Assembly (NCBI GenBank): GCA_951406725.2
Contig: OX597837.1
Span: forward strand, 6,944,001 to 7,008,000
DNA: 64,000 bases
Source: Octopus vulgaris
Taxonomy: Eukaryota
Direction: 5' to 3'
Shown: positions 1 through 15,810 of the stretch, in pieces
Position numbering within the stretch: the stretch's first letter is position 1
How the letters are laid out: every line of letters starts with the position of its first letter
Notes under the pieces: model-generated
What the model saw: only the letters and a program-made list of their open reading frames with translations
What the model was told of the DNA's origin: nothing
The model's database searches: none
Position numbers and translations under genes: made by a program

Positions 1-576
1 AGAAAACAAGAAAATTATGAGTTTGTTTTAATACTTATTACATAGAGAGTAATTATCGTAGGATATGGGAAGCTCCGATGAGCACTATCTTTTGAATGAA
101 GATTTTAATACAATATTAATATCTGTGGATAGTCAATATATAATACTATTAAGTAAGTATACACTGAAAAATACGAGACATATTCATAGCATACAAATGT
201 TTAAAAGAAAGTTGTGGGACGGATGATAGCGATGTGGCCCTCCTGATACAGGAAGGCCCTTAGGGATAATCGAGGAACGCCACTGTCCAAGATTTCCATG
301 AAACCCCAGGAGCAAGTGGCCTCTCATTATTATTAACGAAGTTGAAAGACTGACCTCAAAAATATTTGGCTGCTATTTTTAGCACATCCGTTGACCACAT
401 ACAAGTTTTCTCACTCTATTTCGCCTCTTTGCCTCCAGGAACTACATTGGAATTTAATAGAAATCGTATTTAACAATGACCTTTGCAACCAATATACTTA
501 TCGTATTTCATACAATTATACCATTTCTTACAAAACATATATACGTGAACAATATATTGTATTTTCAGAAAAGCGC

Positions 577-621
<45 letters not shown>

Positions 622-1023
622 GGTATAAGGAAATTAATATCTGGTATTATATATTGACTATTCAGAGATATCAATATTGAATTTAAATCTTTATCACAAG
701 ATATAGTATGCGAAGGAATGAATAGAGCGGATTTCAGAGAAATGGAAAGACGTGGATAAGAATTCTATACAGAAATATACATACTCAAATGCATATGCAT
801 GCATGTATACATACATACATACATACATATATAAATACATGCATACATGTATTCTTTTATTTTGCTTCTCTTAGTCATTTGATTGCGGCCATGCCGGAGT
901 ACCGTCTTATGTGCGTCTGTGTGTGTGTGAGTGTGCATATATATATATATATTTATATTTGTATATATGTATATATATATATGTGTGTGTGTATGTATAT
1001 GTATATATATTTATATATATATG

Positions 1024-1080
<57 letters not shown>

Positions 1081-1727
1081 TTAGATAAACTTAGATAAAC
1101 TTAGATATGTTTCGACCAATGATTGGTCCAGGCCATGTCTAACTTAATAGCACCACCTGATATATAGATATATATATATGCATATATTTTATTCATTTAT
1201 TCTTTTGCTTGGTTCAGTCATTTGACTGCGGCCATGTGTGTGTGTGTGTGTGTGTGTATTTACATGTACGTTTGTGTATGTATGCATATAATGTATATTT
1301 GAGGGTGAACGTATGTATATCAAAAAGCAATGAATATACATAGTAAATTAACTGGTGTTCAATTTAGGAGTTTTACACAACACACAAATATATATATACA
1401 TATATAACATACAAATATATATATATATTTCCATATATACATGCGCGTGTATAGACATGTTACTAATCTATGTCTATATATAAACATGTATATATGAGGT
1501 TGAGTGGGAGTGCATAGATATATATACACATAATAATAGTAGGGAATATAATTTCTATATGGTGTGAATAACATCTTTCATTATCGAATTAATTAATAGA
1601 GGTTTTTCTCGAAATTATATACATATATTATATATACACATACTTATACATACCTATCAGTATAATTTTTATAGATTGATAAAGAAACACAGAGATGTTT
1701 ACGTTCATATGCATTCAACACACACAC

Positions 1728-1778
<51 letters not shown>

Positions 1779-2573
1779 CTATAGATATATGCGCTTGTGT
1801 ATATGTGGGTGTATGTATCTCTGAGTATTCACATACATGTTTATATGTATGGCGACCTGTAAGTCTATTCGTTCATCGTCTGTATAACGCGGCTTCGTGT
1901 CCGTTGGTTAGTTTAGCTAAATTTATAGTGATAACATTCCTTTGGTTTCTCGCCAGAGGAATTATTAATATCGTTCAAGCCATCTTGAACAACATGTTAT
2001 TGTTGTTGTTCTTGTTCTTGTTGTTCTTCTTCTTGTCTTGTTGATGTTGTTGAGACTGCTATTATATACAGCTTCATTTGAACTTTTCGTTTCACAATGC
2101 AAAATCACTCGGACGAGATTGGCATTTCTCAAAGAATATATATGTAAGTAAATGAATAAATAGTCGCTCATACACACGCAGACACACGCAGACACACATA
2201 AAAATAGAGAAAACCTGAAGAATATCTCTGTATATAAATATATGTGTGTGTACATGTATGTATGTCTAACGATGTATGAATATAAATATAGGTAAGCATG
2301 CATCTATGTATACATATATATATATGCATACATCTATATATATTAAATATATGCATGTATCTATGTATATATGTATATAGGTGTATGTGTATGTATACGT
2401 CACATTGGTATTTTTTATAGGGTTGAAGTAACACGATTGCCAATGTAAATGCCATGTAATACAGCACTTAAGTACGAATAGATATATATATATATATATA
2501 TACACAAGTATATATATCTACATTAACACACACGTAGATATATTTACATATATATACATATATATATATATAC

Positions 2574-2685
<112 letters not shown>

Positions 2686-2875
2686 CGCTTGCACGTATAT
2701 GTGTGCATAATTAGGTACATATTGATATACATTTGTAAACATCTGTGTATATAGAAATACCTGATATACCGACTCACATATATATATATACATATAGTAC
2801 GTATGTGTATGCACACACATTTATATGTGTGTATGTATGTTTATATATACATACAAATAAGTATATTATATTTAT

Positions 2876-2952
<77 letters not shown>

Positions 2953-3305
2953 TATATATATATATGCATGTATGTATGTATGTATGTATGTATGTATGTA
3001 TGTATGTATGTATGTATGTATGTATACACATACACACACATACATGTACATACAATATTTCAACTCATAAAATTGACTCCAACAAATTAGCTATATCGTT
3101 TCGCCGATGGCTCTTCAGAGGATAAAAATAATGAAAAGTTGAACATTACATGAAGAATGAAGTAAAACAAGAAATAAAAAGAACAATAAAAGCAAAATTC
3201 AAACAAAAACTAAATTAAAATATGAGCGCATTAAAATACACATGAATATAAGGAAGACAAACACACCTACATACATGCATGCATTTACATACATATACAC
3301 ACACG

Positions 3306-3337
<32 letters not shown>

Positions 3338-4056
3338 TGTATGTGCATATGTATATGTATACACATACGTAAGTTCCTGTTAAGTCGTTTGACTGTAATG
3401 CGATGAAATTTTAGCGGTTGTTACATCCTTGTTTGTGTGTTAAATTGAGAGAACATAAAGCAAATCGAAATTACCGTTAGATCGAAAGGAGAAGATATGA
3501 AGAACGATAATCAGGCGGAGAATGTTAAAGAAAAACGAAAGCGCTGTTATATAATGAACTCATTGGATGTAAACAAGAAACTGAAATGGAGTTGATGGGG
3601 TTTTAACTTCCGTTTGATGATTTGAAGATGTTGGTAAGTTTTCTAGTTAAATACAGACAGACTAGTGAAATTTAGACAGATATACGCTCTCGCGTTCTAA
3701 GTGTATATATATGAGTATGTTGGCATGTGGATGTATATGTATATGTATATGTATATAATATATCTGTTATCTTTTTCTAACTTCAAACACCGGCTGAGGT
3801 CATGCCGGAGCAGCGCCTATTATGGTGTTGGGTTTTACTTTACTTCACTGTTTCCGGTGAAATAGAGAGTACGACAGAGCTCCCCCTTTTGCGCTTCTTG
3901 GCGCTGAATGTTCCATCTGGTATTTCATATATATATATAGGTACTGGAAATTTAGGGTGAATACTTGATAAGTGTAAGCACCTGTATATGCTAGATAGTG
4001 GCAGAGCTGAGAGAGAATATATCTAATAAAATTAAAAACAGACCACAAAGGATATC

Positions 4057-4148
4057 GCGGTACACGTGTTTCAAGCCTTATAAACAATCCGTTATTACAT
4101 CAGTGTATTAGTGATATAAAAGATGGTTTAAAGCTCTCTTCAGCCCAC
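4057..4148 (-). ncRNA. Type I hammerhead ribozyme-like motif (Penelope pLTR-type), slightly decayed
   Basis: Minus strand reads gtggg-CTGAAGA-gagcttt...aaggctt-GAAAC-acgt-GTA-ccgc: core intact, long stem II, palindromic cacgtg at stem III, imperfect stem I. Confidence 0.6.
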
Positions 4149-4597
4149 AAACATTGTCCAAAGAAAAAATATGAAATGTACATGTAGTATTACCCATTAT
4201 AAAAAAGTGTATTTGTAAAATTTCCTAACTGTATAAATGTGTAACTGTAAAATGTATAATTTTACAAATATATATATATTCTTACCTCCCTTATACATAA
4301 TCTTTTTATTCAGGGACTAGTAGACCCAACACCGTTTGTTAATCGGTTCGCATTCAAAGCCAGTGAACAGTAATTGACGATACCGGTATGACTTTGAATC
4401 CATTTAGCAATTCATAATAATGACTTTTATGCCTCTTAATTCTACCTCAGTTCATCAAATTGTATATATTTATCGCTACTTTTCATAAAAGTGGCTTTTT
4501 TATATCCAATGTGCATCTTCACCTTTTTTCTTCTTACTTTCCCCATATCTTTTCCACGAGTAGTTTCTATTTTCTTTTTGAAACATATTTCTATTAA

Positions 4598-4715
<118 letters not shown>

Positions 4716-4840
4716 GAGGTGCGTTCTGTTAAGAACGTATAAGAGTACATATAGAGACCGTTCACCCTTAGAATTCCCAAATAGCCGATAGTATTCTTAT
4801 GGTATGCTACCAATTCTAATCCTTGTGTGCGAAAATAAAA

Positions 4841-5172
4841 AGTAAAAAGAAAGAAAAGGAAGATTAAGTACGGTTAGGCAGCTATTTAATCGCTACAAAT
4901 GTTTCGAGACATACAGAAACTCGTATATAGAAGATTTAAAGTTAAGTTTAAATTAAATTATGTAACTTTTTACCTGTATAAGAAGATCTATATGTATCTC
5001 TCAGGCGATATTCAGTTGCTGTCTCCGTAAGTAAATCTAGATTTCTATGCTAGAACATCCATGGCTTCTTCTTTGAAACTATACATACGTGGACCTGTAT
5101 GTTTCATAACATTTGTAGCGATTAAAAAGCTGTCTAACCGTATTTACTCTTCCTTTTGATTCTTTTACTTTT
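4841..5172. mobile_element. Fold-back (inverted repeat) element, probable Penelope-like pLTR relic with decayed hammerhead
   Basis: 4841-4916 is the imperfect reverse complement of 5095-5170; minus strand has atcgc-CTGA-gagatacata...tatgtctc-GAAAC-attt-GTA-gcgat with a shortened core. Confidence 0.55.
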
Positions 5173-5173
5173 T

Positions 5174-5226
<53 letters not shown>

Positions 5227-5235
<9 letters not shown>

Positions 5236-5523
5236 TAAAAAGAATTCCAACCTTGTCTGATTTTCACGTTTTATTTACAATCTTATAATGATATATTATA
5301 AGATAATATATTACTTAAAATTTAGGTATTGATGTGTGTCTGTGTGTTTATAGTATATATCTGTGGTGATGGTGGTGTCTTTTTTAATTACCATTATATC
5401 CAGGAATGGATATAATTACCATTATATCCTGGATTATAATATATTATCTTATAATATATCATTATAAGATTGTAAATAAAACGTGAAAATCAGACAAGGT
5501 TGGAATTCTTTTTATTAATATAT
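5227..5523. repeat. Apparently perfect ~87-bp inverted repeat with ~125-bp spacer, flanked by (TA)n
   Basis: 5227-5313 (atatattaataaaaagaattccaaccttgtctga...) is the reverse complement of 5437-5523. Confidence 0.9.
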
Positions 5524-5547
5524 TCTTCTATACACAATCACACACAC

Positions 5548-5624
<77 letters not shown>

Positions 5625-5631
5625 CGTTATA

Positions 5632-5983
5632 TTTGTTTCATTAGGCTGCAGTCATCTTGGGACGCCGGGTTGAAGAATTTTAGTACTTGTTCTATCGGAC
5701 TCTATACCGAACCACTAAGTTACGGGAACGTAAACACACCAACACTGATTGTTAAACGGTGGTAAGAAACACAGACACAAAGATACACACACGTTGGTAT
5801 ATACATATAAATATATATATATACGCTCACACACATATATATATGCCAAATCTACTCAGAAGGGTTTAGGTTCACCGAGGCCAAAGTAGAAGGAAGATAC
5901 TTACCCAAGGTGAAACCACACAGTGTGACTGAACCCGGAAGCATGTGGTTAGGAGACAAGCATCTTACCACACATCCACGCCT
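5632..5983 (-). mobile_element. tRNA-derived SINE family 1, diverged copy
   Basis: Reverse complement similar to the full copy at 17923-18375 (ttccgggttcagtc head; gcatggccgcagtc-like tail). Confidence 0.75.
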
Positions 5984-6472
5984 ATATATATTTGTTTGTG
6001 TGTGTGATTGTGTGTGTGTGTATGTATGTATGTATGTATGTATGTATGTATGTATGTATGTATGTATGTATGTATGTATGTGTATATGTATGAATTAATC
6101 AGACTCACACTTAGCAGCATGGAATGGAATAATTAAATGTAATTATGTACATGTTCTTTTACTTTCGGCCATGGGAAAACGAAAAGCTTCACGTGTTGTC
6201 TCGAGAGAAGTAATTCTCCTGTTGCGCAGCTAATCTATTCCAGAGCGACATGACTTTTCACGCGTCGGAAAATGTTCTATTTGCCGTCAGAATATGACAG
6301 CAAACAGCTCTAAGTTGCCGAGAACGACGGTTCGGTATACGTAGCTGATAAAGCGTAACGTTGCAGTAACAGTTGTCATGGGTGGAGTGCGGTGGAACTG
6401 CAGCCGAAACGATATTCCTGGTGAGTAAGCTTCGTAAGCACACAGCCATAACGGCCTCATTATCTGTATCTT

Positions 6473-6640
6473 ATTTTGACCCTGCGCGGTTAAGCGAAAG
6501 CAGGGTATTGTAATCACATGTCTTTGTTTGTCTGTATGTTTGCAGGATTACTGGAAAACCACTGGACGGATTTTCATCACGTTTGGCAGAAACATTCATT
6601 GGCTGAGTTGCTCAAAATGATGAACCTTTGGTTTGATTAT
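6473..6640 (+). mobile_element. DINE-1/Helentron-like non-autonomous element, 5' fragment
   Basis: accctgc...gcagggt short inverted repeat, gtttgtctgt microsatellite, ggacggattttcatcac motif; same layout as 6904-7495. Confidence 0.5.
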
Positions 6641-6903
6641 CTTTAAAAGAAAAATCGAACTTACAGATTTCCCGATAAGCAAGTGGTTATATTATTTTGT
6701 TCACTTTCTATTTCATATGAATCGACCCTCCTCTGCGTGTGTATAGATCATGGTGTATCTACGCGCGTAGACACGAGTGGGCACATACCTACATACATAC
6801 ATAAGTATGCGACTCTGTGTGTGTGTATACGTGCGTGCATGCGTGCGTGCATGCGTGCGTGCGTATGTGTGTGTATGTACACTGACGGATTTGAGGGTTT
6901 CGT

Positions 6904-7495
6904 TTATTACCTCCGCCTTAGCAAAGGTGGAGGTATTGTTTTTCAATTGTGTTTGTTTGTTTGTCCGTGGACAAGATATCTCAAGAATCGCCGGATGGAT
7001 TTGGATGAAACTTTCAGGGATGTTTGGCCTTATGACTGGCACGAACTGATTAGATCTTGGGATCGATCTGGTACCGGACAAGGATTCTGGATTATTTATT
7101 ATATTTACTTTATATGATTACGATCTTACGTTAACTTTCATGTCTTTCTCGGTTATCTGCCTTTAGGCTCTAACTATTTTGAACGAGGAATTCGTTAACT
7201 GTAGCTCGTATTAGATAAAGATAAACTATTTATTCTGGTTACTAAATTTTTTACAGCCAACTTCACATTCCATGACTACCACTGGAATCGATCAGGTACC
7301 GGACAAGGATTCTGGATTATTTTCCAGATTATTTTTTTTTACATAATTTTTGAGAACGGTCGGATCATTTTTAGCATTCTCGCTTGTGAAAGCAGTCAAG
7401 TTCATTTCCGATATTCTCATTTCAAAAATAAACTCCGGCTAATCATTGAGAGGTCGTTGATGGGGAAGGTTTGCACTCTCTGAGTGCTATTGTTT
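6904..7495 (+). mobile_element. DINE-1/Helentron-like (HINE) non-autonomous element
   Basis: 5' ttattACCTCCGCC followed by inverted ggtggaggt, (gttt)n, ggatggatttggatgaaac, internal repeat gtaccggacaaggattctggattattt twice, 3' subTIR-like ggggaaggt, then stem-loop gcactc-tct-gagtgc and T-rich end. Confidence 0.7.
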
Positions 7496-7689
7496 ACGAG
7501 TTGAATTTTAATTTCACCAGAGTATAAATACTTATAATGGTGATATTCAAAAATAAAAGAAAATTGATTGAGTTCAATTAAAAAGCATTGGTAAGGAATG
7601 CATTATAAACCACATTATAATTTGCAAAAGAATTTATCTGCACCCAGGATATGCATCGCTCCTCCGATGGCCTTTTTTTCATTTGTATT

Positions 7690-8235
<546 letters not shown>

Positions 8236-8270
8236 ACCCTCATATCTACATCTATATCTATATCTATTTA

Positions 8271-8376
<106 letters not shown>

Positions 8377-8593
8377 TATACATATATATACTCATACCAG
8401 ACGTACATACATGCATACACCCGTCCATACTTATGCATAGATATATATTTAAAGAAGCATATACACACACACACAAACATACACATATCGTGTGAGATGG
8501 AGAGAGGAAGAGAGGGACAGAGAGAGAGGAAAATAGGAGATAAAAAAACAAAAAGCTAGTGATACAGAGAGACAGAGAGAGTGAGAGTGTGTT

Positions 8594-8640
<47 letters not shown>

Positions 8641-9270
8641 GAGATAGAGCGGAGGCAGAGAGGGGGGACATTCTTTCTTGTTGCCATTTTGATTTTCTAT
8701 AAATGGTGCTCCATTAGAATTCTTCAAACCAAAAACTAAATTGAAATTCTCCTGATAATTTCTAAACCAGAATTCATCGAGATTAGCCTATAATTATTTC
8801 ATTTCGCTTACCAATTCTTTGTTTTGTTCTACCGACGTGCGCTGACGGAGGTGGGGGGTGGTTCGGGGTTGTGTGGAGGTGCGGTGTCTGTCTGTCTGTA
8901 GCTGGTGTGTGATTGGCGACCTCTTCGGGTATCTGTGTTTGTATGTACATGTGTAGTCTGTACGTAATATCTATAGGTTCGTGTGAGTGTGTATGTGTAT
9001 GTCTTTCTAACTGTGTGTATGTATGTATGTGTATGTGTATGTATTTATGTATGTGTGTGTATGTATGTATGTATGTATTTATGTATGTATGTATGTATGT
9101 ATATATGTATGTATGTATTTATGTATGTATATATGTATGTATGTATTTATGTATGTATTTTTTCGTGTAAAGATGCTCATGCGTTGCTTCTTTCTACTTC
9201 CGTCTATGCACGTCTATGTGTATATGTATGTCTATTTCTGCCTATTGGTGTATAAGCATGTGTGTGTGTT

Positions 9271-9316
<46 letters not shown>

Positions 9317-9516
9317 TGTGTGTTTGCATCCGTATTTATGTTTGTATGTACCCTTTCTGTCTTTTCCTTCTCTCTCATTCTCACACTCTCCGAAATATAT
9401 GTGTGTGTATGTATGTATGTATGTATGTATGTATGTATGTATATATATATGTGTGTATTTATGTGTGTATATATATATATATATACACACACATATATAT
9501 ATACATATTTTTGCAT

Positions 9517-9549
<33 letters not shown>

Positions 9550-10025
9550 CAAATATATACATGCATACCTATATAAACATATACATAGTTACATATACAT
9601 CCATACACACACATACACACTTACACACACAGACACATATATATATACATATATATACATATATATACATTCACTCACACACACACACTTATACATATGC
9701 ATATATATGTCTGGCTGTGTGTCTGCCTTCCCGAGTGTTTATTTGTTTATATGTGTTTGCCAGGGTATATACCCGCTTTCGTGTAGGTCTGCGTATGGGT
9801 TCGTGCGTTTGGTTTGTATGCGTGTGTGTCCATGTGCACGTGTTTCTATGTGTGGATATATATATAGATATATAAGTGTCTGTTTGTGTGTGTGAGAGTG
9901 TTTGAGTGCTTGTGTCTGTGTGTTCTTATGTATGTGTGTTTATGTATATGTGTAACTGCTTTTGAATGTAGATTTTTTTCGGCCTATATGTATGGCTGTG
10001 TGTGTGTGTGTAATTGTGTATGTGC

Positions 10026-10087
<62 letters not shown>

Positions 10088-10169
10088 GTGTGTAATTGTC
10101 TGTGTGGATGAGTGGTGTCTTTTGTCTGTTTCTATGCATGGATGTGTGTATATATTTATATATATATTG

Positions 10170-10329
10170 TGAGTTTGCGGCTGGGGGTGTTTGTCTCCCC
10201 TTCGTAAATGTATATAAGGACACAGGAAAAATGTGTCAAAGCCATCAGGAGGCGCCGATGCTTCCTAGGGCTAAACAGCGGTGGTGTACCCCCTACTGTC
10301 ACGTTCGTGTTAGATTGACAGTATACAAC

Positions 10330-10337
<8 letters not shown>
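10170..10337 (+). repeat. Dispersed repeat shared with 17675-17827 (distal part of a hammerhead-bearing element)
   Basis: gctgggggtgtttgtctccccttcgtaaat...cctagggctaaaca...gtatacaaccattcta is near-identical at both sites; both lie next to TA/CA repeats. Confidence 0.85.
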
Positions 10338-10372
<35 letters not shown>

Positions 10373-10404
10373 ACTGTTAGTATATATGTGCGAATATATC
10401 TGAA

Positions 10405-10567
10405 GCACAGCTGTAGATATGTGGTAAGAAGCTCCCTACCCAACCACATGGTTCCAGGTTCAGTCTCACCGCGCGGCAACATAGAGAAATGTCTTCCACT
10501 ATAGCCTAGGGCCGACCAAATACTTGTGAGTGGATTTGGTCGACAGAAACTTTGAGAAGCCCGTCGC
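10405..10567 (+). mobile_element. SINE family 1, 5' half
   Basis: gtggtaagaagct...ggttccaggttcagtc...gggccgaccaaa...gaagcccgtcg. Confidence 0.8.
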
Positions 10568-10761
10568 ATACATACATACAAACGTACATACATACATACA
10601 TACATATATACATACATACATACATACATACATACATACATACATACATACATACATACATACATACATACGTACATACATACATGCATACATAATACAT
10701 ACATACATACATACATACATACATACATACATACATACATACATACATACATACATACATA

Positions 10762-11150
10762 CAGTGTGCGGTGAATAAGCTGTCGTTTAAATCACGCAAA
10801 AATGAAAATAACACTAACATCTCATTTTAACAGATATATTTACCGAAATTACATTCAAATATCTTGAAATATTAAAGAGTAAATTCATTCAATAAAATCG
10901 CCATTGGCTTCAACCATGGCCTCCAAAACAACGTCGGAATCTCCTGTAACTCTTCTGGATGGTCTCCTTGTTTAAGTTGGTGAATGCTGCCATAATCCAT
11001 GCGTTGAGTTCATCTTTGGTGTTACAAGGAGTTTTGTTGGTCTCCCGCTCAACTGAGCCCCCCACACAATAATCAAGAGGGTTGCAGTCTGAGGAGTTAC
11101 ATGACCATATGTTAGAGGTGATGTGGTCGCAAAAATTTCCTGACAGACAT
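10762..11150 (-). pseudogene. Tc1/mariner-superfamily transposase C-terminal relic with terminal repeat
   Basis: ORF 10910-11155 contains WSCNSSDCNPLDYCVGG (decayed WPPNSPDxNPLDYxVWG) and ...KDELNAWIMAAF; TA-CAGTGTGCGG terminus at 10760. Confidence 0.8.
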
Positions 11151-11430
11151 GACATATATATACATATATATATATATATCTAATATAGGATGACATTTTT
11201 TTCGATGTATTTTTTGGATGTATTTGAGGTACTTAATTATGCTCATGGCTTAGTGTTTGCTTCTTCCATGGGTATGAGTAAGTATCTCATTTATTTCTTT
11301 TGCCACATTTATCACTGACGAAGAAATTTCTGTCGACCTTGTTTCGAGTAGCGAGCGTATTGTGAAAAAATGATATGGATAATGAACAATATGTCCAATT
11401 TTTTTCGTTTGCCCTTATTTATGAATTGCA

Positions 11431-11842
<412 letters not shown>

Positions 11843-12642
11843 GTATTCAGTGACTGAAAAGTCAGCCTGCTAAATACAAAGTCATTATCTGAAACAGAAA
11901 TAGTAATAGTTTAATATATCTAAATATAACCAACTGTGTAATTTGGCTCTTCGCGATATATTTGCATGGAATATGATACACAGATGGCAAAGAATTTATT
12001 TGTAGTGTCTCTTTTTCAGCAGATTCTCTTTTCAGCAATAATCTTTCAATTTATATTCAACGTTTTTCTTGTTATTACAACCCCAAACGTTTATTTTTAA
12101 TTTCAATACGTTGTTTTACCAATACCAAAAGCCGATAGCATATTATGTCTAAATACCTCTACAGTGGACACACGTACAATTCGCAACAGCGACATACAAC
12201 TCCATTACGTATATCAAAATATGTGTTATTCTCTTTCCATCAATCATGTATTTAACACAACTTTGCGATCTGTCATCTCTGTTTATTCTTCGTTATGTTT
12301 TCCAATTCTTCCGAATCAAACACACACCAAATTACCTCGTCCATTAACCTACACAATACACGCGCACGCACGCACACACACACACATCCACACCCACACC
12401 AACAACCACCCACACACACGCACATATATATACATATGCACGCATGCATACAAATATGTATACGCACACATACACACACACATATATATATATATATAAC
12501 TATATATATACACTTAATATATATCTACATATACATATATATATGTGCATACATATATATATACATATATACATGCATACATACACACACACATGTATAA
12601 ATATGTATATACATACATATATATATATATATATACATATGC

Positions 12643-12673
<31 letters not shown>

Positions 12674-13013
12674 CATACATGCATACATACATACATATAT
12701 ACATACATACATACATACATGCAATTTAAAGTTAAAATTTCACGGTCAATTAACCAGAATTTAGTATTCCGTGTATATACTGCTGTTTGTGTTATTGTCC
12801 TCGTATCATTTAATATAAAGAATACGTTTTGTTTTGCATTACATGTATATATATTTATATATATATAAATATATATATACATACATACATACATAGAGAG
12901 AGAGTGGGGAAGTAAAAGATTTTGTCTTCTATTCTTCCTCAGCGTAAAACTAGTACACACTTTTTTATTCTTCGCTTTCATGCTTTTTCCCCTCTAACTG
13001 TATTCTATCTGTC

Positions 13014-13365
13014 ACTTATGCTGTTAAATTACGGGGACATAAACTCACCAGCACCGGTTGTAAAGCGATGGTGGAGTACAAACAGAGACACAAAGACACA
13101 CATACACAAACAGACTTACACACACCCACACACCCACACAAATACACACACATAAATACACACACATAGATACACACACACACACATTTATATATATATA
13201 TATATTGCGATGGGATTGTTTCAGTTTCCATCTACCAAATCCACTCACAAGTCCTTGGTCGGGCCGAGCCTGTAGTAGAAGATACTTGCCCAAGATGCCA
13301 CGCAGTAGGACTGAACCCGGAACGATGTGACCGGGAAGCAAGCTTCTAACGACACAGCCACTTCT
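13014..13365 (-). mobile_element. SINE family 1
   Basis: Reverse-complement match to 17923-18250. Confidence 0.8.
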
Positions 13366-13368
13366 ATG

Positions 13369-13660
13369 CATACATACATACATACATACATACATACATA
13401 CATACATACATACATACATACATACATACATACATACATACACACATACACACATACATACATACATACATACATACATGCATACATACATACATACGTA
13501 CGTACATACATACATACATACATGCATACATACATACATACGTACATACATACATACACACACACACACACATACATACATACATACATACATACATACA
13601 TACATACATACATACATACATACATACATACATACATACATACATACATACATACATACG

Positions 13661-13694
<34 letters not shown>

Positions 13695-13697
13695 TAC

Positions 13698-13728
<31 letters not shown>

Positions 13729-13760
13729 CATACATACGTACGAACGTACGTACATACATA
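13369..13760. repeat. (CATA)n compound microsatellite
   Basis: Directly visible. Confidence 0.95.
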
Positions 13761-14074
13761 AATACCTGTGTGAGTTCGTCTGTGTTTGTGTGTGTGTGTG
13801 CGCACGTTTTTCTCTGTGTGTGTGTGTGTTTTATCGAAAGCGTACATTATTGTTAAATGCTTGAAATACGAGACTAGAGAAACAGTCAACAACTGATGAA
13901 GGGTTGTTATTTATGTTGTTTGTTTTGTTTTCTATTTGTGTCTTTCGTTTTTCTAAAGAATAGTTCATGTATCCATGTACTCGTGCTTCGTAAATTTTTG
14001 TTTCGTTCACGTTTCGTGATGTCGCAAATACACAAACATATATATAAATAATCTTAATAATAATAATACTGAAG

Positions 14075-14191
14075 ATTGATGATGATAATGATGGTGATGA
14101 TGATGATGACGACGACGACGATTGATGATGATGAGGATGATGATGATGATGATGATGATGATCATTCATGATGATGATGATTAATGATGAC

Positions 14192-14231
<40 letters not shown>

Positions 14232-14420
14232 GATGTTGATGATGACGGCGAAGACATGATGATGATGATGATGATGATAATGATGACGATGAGGATTAAT
14301 GATGACGATGATGATGATGATGATGATGATGATTATGATTGATGTTGATGATGATGACGACGACGACGACGACGACGACGATGATGATGATGATGATGAT
14401 GACGTAGACGACGATAATGA
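14075..14420. repeat. (GAT/GAC)n microsatellite
   Basis: Directly visible. Confidence 0.95.
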
Positions 14421-14925
14421 TTCGTGTTATATAGCAGAGACTACTTGTTTTAAGGTGCCGCGCGGGGGCTGTGGTCTACTGACCCCGAAAACACACACGC
14501 TTGCAATGCGACCTTCTTAACCAAACCACACACAGCAACACAACAACTATTGAAGAGTATAAAAAAAAAAGAATCTATAGACTTGTTGTCACAACACCAT
14601 AGAATCAAAATATCAGCTCACCGAAGTGTATGCATTAATTAGTCGGAGAGAAACAGTAAACAAGATACGAAGACGTATTCAATAGGAAAAATTTAAAAAA
14701 AGAAAAAGAAACGGAGATATATTAACGTTAGGGATGTGTGTTTGTTGTTGTGTGTTTGTGCGTTTTGTTTATTTGATCAGAGTTTCTGCTTAAGTAGTTA
14801 TTCCTTAGTGCGGTGATACTGTTGCCATATTTACAGAAGTTTGTTAAGCAGAGTGGAATTGATGAGAAACAGGAAGTGACATCGGAAGAAAGTGAAACGG
14901 AAGTGATTACATACATATATATATA

Positions 14926-15030
<105 letters not shown>

Positions 15031-15031
15031 C

Positions 15032-15097
<66 letters not shown>

Positions 15098-15184
15098 TAT
15101 ATACATATACATATATATAAATATATATATATGTATGTATATATATATGTATATATATATATACAAACATATATATATATACAA

Positions 15185-15237
<53 letters not shown>

Positions 15238-15370
15238 GTATATGTATATATATATGTATATATATATATACAAACATATATATATATATATATATATATA
15301 CATACATATATATATATTTATATATATGTATATGTATATATATATATGTATATATATGTATATATATATT

Positions 15371-15443
<73 letters not shown>

Positions 15444-15696
15444 ACAGCAAATGAATTTCATCGTTGTTTATGTGTTGTGTGTGTATGTATGTATGCGTGT
15501 GGGAGAGAGAGGAAGAGAGAGAGGGTGAGAGGGAGAGAGACGGGGAGAGTGAAAAGGATACACACGTTTTTTGCTGCATTTGCATATTTTCGACTGAATG
15601 AATAGTTATGCAGGTTTTGTGCACCGAGCATAGCAATATTCACACATGCATATATATGTGTGTCTGTATGACTGTGCTTGAATATATAAGTATGCA

Positions 15697-15744
<48 letters not shown>

Positions 15745-15810
15745 GGTCCCGGTTTGAGTCGGGGTTAACCACAGTAAATAAGGTACTCAATACATAGCAG
15801 AGTAAATTAA

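Noticed and set aside
1079-1145. 10-bp tandem repeat next to a gacca-atcat-tggtc-GAAAC hairpin on the minus strand
   Set aside because: No CUGANGA-like core upstream, so not counted as a hammerhead
14299-14520. Poly-M/poly-D ORF
   Set aside because: (GAT/GAC)n microsatellite running into a SINE remnant
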